DNA from: an uncultured virus (IMG/VR IMGVR_UViG_3300009194_000004)
Taxonomy: Duplodnaviria; Heunggongvirae; Uroviricota; Caudoviricetes
Length of the DNA stretch: 64,000 nt
Direction: 5' to 3' (one strand)
Virus record (IMG/VR): IMGVR_UViG_3300009194_000004
Location: 62,001 to 126,000 of that record
Below the pieces are notes generated by a model. That model was not told the DNA's origin and did not search any database. It saw only the letters and a list, made by a program, of their open reading frames with translations. Shown piece after piece: positions 50,191 through 57,670 of the stretch. A program made the translations under genes and the position numbers. The first letter of the stretch is position 1. Every line of letters starts with the position of its first letter.

Positions 50191-51240
50191 TTATGTTTCC
50201 TTTGTTGGGGACAGGACCATATCTGAAATCTTTACAGGCGTGACTGAATGCAGGTAACTGAATATAAGGGAGCCTGTTCCCCATAATGCATCGTCGATAC
50301 CGAAGAATGCACTCCACGGACGCTTCCGGTCGGCGTCAATCAGCTCGATGAATTCGTCGTGTGTGATCTCATGGTCCTTCAAGAAGAAGCTAACGGCGAG
50401 CTCCTTGAAGTCCTCTACAATGTTATTGCGTTTGTTGTTAACGCTAATAGCGTGGTGGATTTTCTGGGCGTTAGCTGCAGTTATCTCATTAAGTGATTCA
50501 TCAAACCCCAGCGCTTCATCCAGCTTTGAGATTTGTTCCTCGATGTCGTCCGCCAGCGGATCGATATCTAGGTCTAGGTTTTTCTTTAGACCGAAGATTC
50601 CTAATAACAGCCTACGGCGCCATGTGGTGTAGTCAGTCACCAACATTTGCCACAACAACGCTTCCATCCGTCGTCTAAAACAGATGACATAAGGATCTGA
50701 CTCAGAATAGTTACACGCATGTGCGTGAACCATAAGGTATTCAATAGAAACGTTCTCTTTTACCAAATCGGAGAACTCACCATTTACTCCCGCCTCTTCG
50801 TACCAAATGCGCGTCTGCATTGGTGTCGGGACTGTAAGTCCGAGTCTACCCTCACGATTAATGCTCGCGCGGGTGGAAAGGCGAATCTGGCTGTATTTTT
50901 GGTCGATCGTCACCATTCTCAAGAACCGATGTGTGTTCTCAAGCGTGATGTTTGGAAAAATACCACGCAAGAAATGAACGTAAAAACGGTTTAGATCTTG
51001 CTCGTCGATGAACGCCGTGACATCACGACCACTGTGAATAATGGATTCGATGAATCCATTTATACCACCAGGGGCGTCTATAAGCACATCAAGATTGGGG
51101 TACTTCATCAGCGGAGTTGCGTCTTGAGAAAAAGCCTTAGACCCGAGGGAGTTAATATAAACAATATCTTTCGGGTTGGCCCTAGCGTTCGGACTGGAAA
51201 ATGAGTAATCAAGCGACAGGCCGTTTGTCAACCGGATCAT
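50191..51240 (-). CDS. Hypothetical protein, paralog A of a tandem triplet
   Basis: MIRLTNGLSLDYSF; VSIEYLMVH; MEALLW; IFSYLH; ATGA-coupled to the putative precursor gene. Confidence 0.85.
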   Translation of the reverse strand: MIRLTNGLSLDYSFSSPNARANPKDIVYINSLGSKAFSQDATPLMKYPNLDVLIDAPGGINGFIESIIHSGRDVTAFIDEQDLNRFYVHFLRGIFPNITLENTHRFLRMVTIDQKYSQIRLSTRASINREGRLGLTVPTPMQTRIWYEEAGVNGEFSDLVKENVSIEYLMVHAHACNYSESDPYVICFRRRMEALLWQMLVTDYTTWRRRLLLGIFGLKKNLDLDIDPLADDIEEQISKLDEALGFDESLNEITAANAQKIHHAISVNNKRNNIVEDFKELAVSFFLKDHEITHDEFIELIDADRKRPWSAFFGIDDALWGTGSLIFSYLHSVTPVKISDMVLSPTKET

Positions 51241-51779
51241 CGTCTGCTCCTTGAACCGTGGCAGTTGCTGTGGCAGTTCGAATGACAGACTGACAGATCC
51301 ACGATCTCACCGTTGTGAATGCGTTCATATAACTCGTTCTGAACTGTTTGGATCAGGTCGGATAGATTTGACCGATCAGCATCGTTTCGAGTGGAAATGT
51401 AGGTCGGGTCACCACCGGCGGTTTTCAAGCTGTGTATGCTCTGGCGGTAATTATTGTTCAGTGCTGCAATACCCCACTCTTTATCGTGATCGCCGTTTGT
51501 GTAATTACTGCCAGAATAATGACGCGCGGTGTAAACCTTGCGCATTGAAGTACAACGTTCCGCTTCGGCTTTGATCACGTCAACAACGTTACTTGCATCG
51601 ACATCTCCGGTGTTTGCATCAGTACCCCTATCAAAATGAGACAGTTCCACCAGCGGACTTTGGTCCATGTACTTGTCGTCCCGGGCAGAACCCTTCCACC
51701 ATTTCGCTTGGTCCTTGGCGTACTGGTTGATGTTGTTATTGACAGCCGCGTGAAAATCACTCCGTTTTAAATCAGCCAT
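51237..51779 (-). CDS. Putative substrate/precursor protein with C-terminal CHSNCHSNCHGSRSRR
   Basis: 180 aa; starts 2 nt after the first rSAM/SPASM stop; repetitive Cys/His C-terminal core. The CDS is solid; the substrate role is inferred. Confidence 0.75.
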   Translation of the reverse strand: MADLKRSDFHAAVNNNINQYAKDQAKWWKGSARDDKYMDQSPLVELSHFDRGTDANTGDVDASNVVDVIKAEAERCTSMRKVYTARHYSGSNYTNGDHDKEWGIAALNNNYRQSIHSLKTAGGDPTYISTRNDADRSNLSDLIQTVQNELYERIHNGEIVDLSVCHSNCHSNCHGSRSRR

Positions 51780-51780
51780 G

Positions 51781-52917
51781 TTAGAATACCTCTACAACTG
51801 GGATCGTTTTTGTATCCGAAGTCAGCGCGGACGGCTCTTTCTCATACCGAATGCCTTCCTCACCCATGAACCCATTGAGTACTTCCTTCAGGATGTCCTG
51901 ATCGGTGTTTTTCATGGACCGCATCATGGACTTTGGAGAAGCACAGATATCGCCCTGCCAATTAAGTTGATGACAATCGCCATTACAAACGTCAAATACG
52001 TCACAACTGAAACAGACTTCGTTCAGGGTGCTTTCGGTTGCAATGTTACATCCACGTCCTTCCGAGAACACGATATCTGAAATGGTTTGATCCAAGGTTC
52101 CGAACGTCGTCTCAGGGGCGCCATTGGGACACCCGCCAATGGTACCATCGGCGTTCAGGGTTAGAATCTTCTGTTCGCATTCCCGACTACGGCACCCGGA
52201 AAACGTATTGAATACAGTGCTGGTCAGCAGGCTTTCTAGGAACATGTTCAAGATCTTTTCGTACGCCTTGTGTTCCAACGTCTGTTCCCACATTTTCAAG
52301 AACCACGCGTCCAACTCCAGATTGGTAGGAAAAATACCGGTGTTCTCACGGGCGTTACCATTCTCAGTGATGCGTTCAAAGTTGATGAACGCAACCCCAA
52401 GGTTGGTCATCTTGTTGATCAAGTCGATTGGCTCAACATCCATCAGGTCTTTGGACACGCAAATCATGACCGTGACGTCTATGCCTTCGGCCACTAACTT
52501 ACGGACGTTTTCTTCCCACAGCGCTTCTTGGTTGCGGTTCCCTTGCCAACGGATGCTGTAATCCCAGGATGTCCCGATTGAAGTTCCTGCCACTTTCTTC
52601 AGAAACGCCAGTCGGTCATCTGTCAGCTTATACGTCAGGTTGGTTTGAATACCCCATGTCAAGTTATCCCAGAGTCCATCCAGCTCATCGTAAACCTTTT
52701 CCATTTTGTCCAGCGGGCAGAGCATCGGCTCGCCACCATGGAACGAGATGTTGGCGGAACGGAAGGTGGGGAACTGAGCTTTCAGTCGGTGAAAGAAGTC
52801 AATGGTGGCATCCGGGTCAAACCAACCCTTCTTCCCGTTGGTACCACTTGTGAAACAGTGCTGGCAGTTTAACTGGCAAGTTTCGGTAGTTTTCAGGTAG
52901 ACCATTAAATCACGCAT
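51781..52917 (-). CDS. Radical SAM/SPASM peptide-maturase-like enzyme
   Basis: YLKTTETCQLNCQHC, FHGGEP, CRSREC...ADGTIGGCPN, CFSCDVFDVCNGDC...C; GAGG RBS before ATG 52917. Confidence 0.9.
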   Translation of the reverse strand: MRDLMVYLKTTETCQLNCQHCFTSGTNGKKGWFDPDATIDFFHRLKAQFPTFRSANISFHGGEPMLCPLDKMEKVYDELDGLWDNLTWGIQTNLTYKLTDDRLAFLKKVAGTSIGTSWDYSIRWQGNRNQEALWEENVRKLVAEGIDVTVMICVSKDLMDVEPIDLINKMTNLGVAFINFERITENGNARENTGIFPTNLELDAWFLKMWEQTLEHKAYEKILNMFLESLLTSTVFNTFSGCRSRECEQKILTLNADGTIGGCPNGAPETTFGTLDQTISDIVFSEGRGCNIATESTLNEVCFSCDVFDVCNGDCHQLNWQGDICASPKSMMRSMKNTDQDILKEVLNGFMGEEGIRYEKEPSALTSDTKTIPVVEVF

Positions 52918-52993
52918 GGTACGTCCTCGTTTATTTCTAATGAATGTCGCTACTGTACAATCATGACCATAAGTAAAAAAAGCAGCAGTGGGC

Positions 52994-53923
52994 TTACACC
53001 CACTGTGCCGGCCAAACGACCTTCCAACCACCGTTGACGTAGGCTTGCAGTTGATTGTTACGGACCCGCAGACTGGTCTCGTCTGTAGAACCAATTCGCA
53101 CGTAACGCCCGTCGTGGTGATTCACGTTCGGGTTAGCGTGGGTGGCAAGTGCGACACCCACGGCGTGTGGTGACATGTACCGGGTTTTGGTGGACATGTC
53201 CGCCGCCTGGGTATCCGTGGCCATTTTGTAGTTTTCGACGTCCCCCAGTCCCACCTGGGCCTTAGTAACCTTGTGTGGGTTGGTGCCGTCTTCCATGTGG
53301 TCGACCAAGCGGTTCTCGACTCGGTTTCGATCTTCGGCTGCTTCTTCAAACAACATCAACGCGTAGGCACGCGTTTCATCGTGAAGTGCTTGGTCACCAG
53401 CCATGATCGCCTGAACAATCCGTTCCAGTTCGGTGACAACCGGCTCAAACCCATACAGTTCCCACAAGGCGTGCAGGTGGCCAGCCGCTGGGTACTCGTT
53501 AGGCTTGCCGATGATGTTGGCCCACTCCACGGGCCGATCTTCTTCAGCCAGTGTGTCGATCACCTGCTGGAGTGCGTCGGTTGAAACTGCAAAGTCTCCA
53601 CCCACTACCTGGTAATCCAGGAACACACTGGTCGAAACATTGGGGTTAACAACGATGATCGCCCCACAGACTTCCAGACCGCTTCGGGTCGTGGCCCGTT
53701 CGTACAGGTAAGTGGCGATATAATCATCGCCCTTACGAAGCTCTGCACCTGACACATCCCGGAGGACCATGTCGCGGGTGTAGAACCCGCCGTAATTGGG
53801 AACCAAGACCCGGTAGTTACCGGTGGTCACGGCGGCGTCCAGATCGTGTCGCTCGCCCAGGATGCGGTTATCCGGATTCCGGCCCGTCAAATCCAACGGG
53901 TATTTGTTAACAATGAGTGACAT
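52994..53923 (-). CDS. Virion structural protein (short paralog of 53940..55586)
   Basis: YPLDLTGRNPDNRI.GE; one H..NPHKVTKAQVGL..VEN fibre repeat. Confidence 0.75.
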   Translation of the reverse strand: MSLIVNKYPLDLTGRNPDNRILGERHDLDAAVTTGNYRVLVPNYGGFYTRDMVLRDVSGAELRKGDDYIATYLYERATTRSGLEVCGAIIVVNPNVSTSVFLDYQVVGGDFAVSTDALQQVIDTLAEEDRPVEWANIIGKPNEYPAAGHLHALWELYGFEPVVTELERIVQAIMAGDQALHDETRAYALMLFEEAAEDRNRVENRLVDHMEDGTNPHKVTKAQVGLGDVENYKMATDTQAADMSTKTRYMSPHAVGVALATHANPNVNHHDGRYVRIGSTDETSLRVRNNQLQAYVNGGWKVVWPAQWV

Positions 53924-53939
53924 TTAGACTTCTCCGAAG

Positions 53940-55586
53940 TTAGGCTTCAAGTTGGGCGGACGCGTCATCGAATGCCGCAATCAGGGTGTCCGTGACGTCT
54001 TGGGCACCGGCACCGACGGTGGGAATCGGTGTCCGACCACTTCCACGGGTTGGGTAGTACAGACCAGGATCGGGCAGGAACTGACCTGTCGGTTGACGCA
54101 CTGGGATGAATGTAATTCCTTCAGCGGGAACGTTGGTCACATCCAGTGACAGTTCCATGACCCGCTCAGCGCCGGTACCGGTGATACCCAACATGAAATC
54201 CCGCATGGGCGGGATGCCGTTCAGTGTGGTTATGTTTACCGTTTCGTTTGTCCAGTCGGCTTCAATACTAACCCACGCTTTACGTCCATCGGGTCCTGGT
54301 ACGCTACCAAGCATGTGAAGGGGTTCGTCGGTTTCACTGAGGTGATAAAACGGCAGATGTTCATCGCGTCCGAAACTGTCTCCAGAGGTGAAGTCCCAGG
54401 TATACGTTGCGAAATACACAAATTGCGTGTACATGTCGTCCTTGATGTCACCATACGTCATGTTCTCCAGCATTTGGGAGTTAGCAGCCGTGCCCAACAG
54501 GATGTCCTGTTTCAACCCTTCGAGGGTCATCCCAAATGTCCGGTCGGTGTCGTAAGCGGTACCATCGACCCGGAGGTAATTCTGCAAGATACCGTTGATG
54601 GTATCCATGCTGATTGCGCCGATATCCGCAGCGGTAATTCCGTGGGGGTTATTGGTGTCACTGAAATGCGGTTCCAGAACCTCGTCCTTGAGGGCTTGGA
54701 TGACCACCTCTACCAGATACGGGGTCATGTACCGGTCGTTACGGGTCCCGTCATACGCTTCGCCCGGTGTGGCGATTCCGAAGTTCTGTACTAGCGAAAG
54801 ACCTACGTCGGCTTTATCAGTACCGTGGGGGTTGTCGGCGTTCAGGTGTTCGTCAATTTCCCGTTGTACAGCTGCCCCTACAGCAACGTCCGTCGACTTC
54901 GGTGACATATAACGGTCACTGCGGAGTCCTTCGGCTGCCTCGGTCTCGTTGGCCATCGGGAAGTTTTGTACGTACTCCAGCCCCACCTGTTTCTTGGTGA
55001 CCATGTGAGGGTTGTCCCGACTGTTCATGTGGTCGGTTACAGTCCCCGCTTCCGTATCACCCAGTGCACGATTGATATCACCGATGGCTTCAACCACTTC
55101 TTCGAAACCGATCAGTTCACCGGTGCCCTGATCGTGTGGGATCGGTGGGAACAACGCCGGGAGTGTGTCAATCTGACTCCATGCGCGAGTCAATGGGTTG
55201 ACAGCTTTATTCGACAGCTCTTCCAATACGGCTTGATCTGAGAAGCCCCAGTGACCCCCGATGGTTTGGTAGGTCATGGACACAATACCACCGATATCGC
55301 GACTCAGGAAGCGCAGAGAACCTGCCAGAGCCTTACCGGTGTTGTTGGAGCCTTCGGGGAAATAGTGACCAAAGAGAAAGTCACGTCCTTCCTTATACAG
55401 ACGACCAGTTGCTTGGTCACGGATCTCAAACGACTCCACGTAAAACGGAGCCGCCTGAGGGATGATGAAATAATAGTCATCCCGGCCAGGGACCTGCAGG
55501 GTCTGCAACTCCCCATCGATTTTGTTTGCCGGGTTGGTACCGTACGGGTCGAACTCGTACAGTCCCGTGGTGTTTACAGTAGCCAT
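53940..55586 (-). CDS. Virion structural / tail-fibre-associated protein
   Basis: YEFDPYGTNPANKI.GE; three H...NPH...VGL/IG repeats; AAGGAG RBS. Confidence 0.75.
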   Translation of the reverse strand: MATVNTTGLYEFDPYGTNPANKIDGELQTLQVPGRDDYYFIIPQAAPFYVESFEIRDQATGRLYKEGRDFLFGHYFPEGSNNTGKALAGSLRFLSRDIGGIVSMTYQTIGGHWGFSDQAVLEELSNKAVNPLTRAWSQIDTLPALFPPIPHDQGTGELIGFEEVVEAIGDINRALGDTEAGTVTDHMNSRDNPHMVTKKQVGLEYVQNFPMANETEAAEGLRSDRYMSPKSTDVAVGAAVQREIDEHLNADNPHGTDKADVGLSLVQNFGIATPGEAYDGTRNDRYMTPYLVEVVIQALKDEVLEPHFSDTNNPHGITAADIGAISMDTINGILQNYLRVDGTAYDTDRTFGMTLEGLKQDILLGTAANSQMLENMTYGDIKDDMYTQFVYFATYTWDFTSGDSFGRDEHLPFYHLSETDEPLHMLGSVPGPDGRKAWVSIEADWTNETVNITTLNGIPPMRDFMLGITGTGAERVMELSLDVTNVPAEGITFIPVRQPTGQFLPDPGLYYPTRGSGRTPIPTVGAGAQDVTDTLIAAFDDASAQLEA

Positions 55587-55678
55587 GACCTCTCCTTACA
55601 TGGTGTTTGGGCTGGTAGGCTGATCAATGGTTTGAGATCATAAGATTGACGCTTAACGCCTTAAACGAGGACATGCCT

Positions 55679-56926
55679 ATGTACAGTCTACACAGCGCTC
55701 ATGTGCGGGTGGATCGTCGCAACGACCGTTGGGAGAAGAAAGACCTTGCCAACACCACTCTGCTTTCTTTGCGTAATGACTACGATGAGATCTGGTTATT
55801 CATCGACCATTACAGTTTTGACGCACCCCGAGCGTTGTACTTTGGGGACGTCATTCAACAAACGTACGACGACCCTAACGAACTCACACTCACCGAGTGG
55901 TTGTCGCAGGTTGGAAACCAAACACTTCCGTTCCGGGCCACAGTTCCCCGACTCGATCCCAGTTACGTGAAATACGCACACGCTTGGCAACTCGGGTACA
56001 CATTCACACCGGTGGGCGACCCGGGAACCGTCCAGCAAGGTGGTAGTCGGTTTGACAAAACCGATCTGAAAGTTTACAAGGAAGGGATGGATAACGACTT
56101 TGTCGGTAAACACGCCATTTTCAGTGTAAACGGTTTTCACCACATCACCGATTACGGACCGGACGGCGTGTTCGTTGTGGGCGGTAACCATTCATTGCGT
56201 CACGCCAACGACAACCAAATCGGTCTATTGTCGTTTGAGGACATTGGTGAGATCAAATGCGTTCCAATCACCGATGACATGGTCACCGGAAACCAAGGCG
56301 ACGTACCGCTGCGCAAGGGCGCTTACGTCACCATTCCGGACCACATCGACATTGAGAACAAAACCACACTGCTCGTCCTGGGTGGTTATCTTCAAGTGCT
56401 GGGTAAGACCTACACCCGAGTGAGCGATCGAACGTATCGTATTCAACTGGAACAATTGAACCTTTTGGAACGGTACTACGACAGTCGTCCGTATTTGGAC
56501 TTCAGTTCATTGGGTCTGGATGTTAATGACGATAATCCGACCATGGTAAGTATCGATGAGTTTTTCCAAGACGATACGCTTCGCGCTTACCTAACGCTCC
56601 CTCAGAGTTTCTTGATCGTAGTGGACGCCGACAGCTTCTTCCAAGAACTGGAACCGCTGGAGCGATCGGGGTTGCCGGGTCGGTATTACGCACACACCGA
56701 CTATCACCCGTATCCCGTGGTCGGCGCGTACGGACGCACCTTGGAATACCACACCCTTCAAGAAGACGGTACATTGGTATTGGCAACGGTTCGTAACCAA
56801 CGCCATAATTACGACTTCTATCGTCAACCGTGGATGACTAACGAGCGGGTGGATTCGGGCCGATACCCCGAATGGCCGCATCAAGAAGGAGAGGCATACA
56901 CCCGTCTGATCGGGGTTGAGAAGTAG
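55679..56926 (+). CDS. Jumbo-phage hypothetical protein, probably virion-associated
   Basis: About 415 aa; SVNGFHH and LVLGGYL segments; GAGG RBS; start 55673 or 55679. Confidence 0.7.
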   Translation: MYSLHSAHVRVDRRNDRWEKKDLANTTLLSLRNDYDEIWLFIDHYSFDAPRALYFGDVIQQTYDDPNELTLTEWLSQVGNQTLPFRATVPRLDPSYVKYAHAWQLGYTFTPVGDPGTVQQGGSRFDKTDLKVYKEGMDNDFVGKHAIFSVNGFHHITDYGPDGVFVVGGNHSLRHANDNQIGLLSFEDIGEIKCVPITDDMVTGNQGDVPLRKGAYVTIPDHIDIENKTTLLVLGGYLQVLGKTYTRVSDRTYRIQLEQLNLLERYYDSRPYLDFSSLGLDVNDDNPTMVSIDEFFQDDTLRAYLTLPQSFLIVVDADSFFQELEPLERSGLPGRYYAHTDYHPYPVVGAYGRTLEYHTLQEDGTLVLATVRNQRHNYDFYRQPWMTNERVDSGRYPEWPHQEGEAYTRLIGVEK

Positions 56927-56928
56927 CG

Positions 56929-56970
56929 ACGACATAAAGCCCGCCTCGAAGGCGGGCTTTATTATGCCGT
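56929..56970. terminator. Bidirectional terminator / dispersed palindrome
   Basis: ACGACATAAAGCCCGCCT-cga-AGGCGGGCTTTATTATGCCGT, between convergent genes. Confidence 0.85.
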
Positions 56971-56975
56971 TGGGA

Positions 56976-57659
56976 TCAGTCCTTACCGGAGCTTCCAAAG
57001 CCCTTATCGCCACGTTCGGTGACGGTATCGAACTCGTCCACCCATTGTGGATTCACCGGGTAGCATTTGGTGACCACATACTGCGCCACCCGCTCACCCG
57101 GTTGGATTTCCATGACCCGGTGAGTTTCGGTTTCATGACGATTCCACAACGCCAGTTTCAGCTCACCTTGGTAGTCGGAGTCAATAACCCCAACCAAGTT
57201 ACCCAACACCACGCCTTTACACCCCAAGCCACTGCGCGGTAGGATCAGACCCACAAAGTTAGGATGACCCAGATGCATGGCAACCCCGCTGTGAACCGTT
57301 GCCATTTCACCGGGTTGGAGGATCAGTGGTTCTTTACCGACGTAACGCAGGTCGTACGCTGCGCTCCCCGACGTGGCGTGACCCGACTCTTTGTACCGCC
57401 ACTTGATCTGAGCGGCGAGTGTCTCGTCCATACCTTCAAAGGCTTCTTCAACGAAACGGGCTTTTGGGGTGACACACTCCACGTTGATAATTTGGGAATA
57501 CGGGTTTCCCTCCACCAAGTGTTCGGCGGGGGTGTCCAACACGGAAGTCAGACCGGAGGGACGGGGCTTGCGTTTCAGGGTCACCGAGTTTTCATCCTGG
57601 TGGACTGTGGTGACTGTCACGGCGTCTTTTTCAGTGAATTCATCGTTGTCTTTGGACAT
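56976..57659 (-). CDS. dut: Trimeric dUTPase with N-terminal extension
   Basis: Motifs AAYDL, PRSG, GVIDSDYQGE, RVAQ, RGDKGFGSSG. Confidence 0.92.
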   Translation of the reverse strand: MSKDNDEFTEKDAVTVTTVHQDENSVTLKRKPRPSGLTSVLDTPAEHLVEGNPYSQIINVECVTPKARFVEEAFEGMDETLAAQIKWRYKESGHATSGSAAYDLRYVGKEPLILQPGEMATVHSGVAMHLGHPNFVGLILPRSGLGCKGVVLGNLVGVIDSDYQGELKLALWNRHETETHRVMEIQPGERVAQYVVTKCYPVNPQWVDEFDTVTERGDKGFGSSGKD

Positions 57660-57670
57660 GGTTCGATTCC

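Noticed and set aside
41707..52917. rSAM island as a 7-deazaguanine (QueE), NrdG or MoaA pathway
   Set aside because: Motifs are SPASM/twitch-like, and no queC, queD, folE, dpdA, nrdD or moaC genes are present in the window
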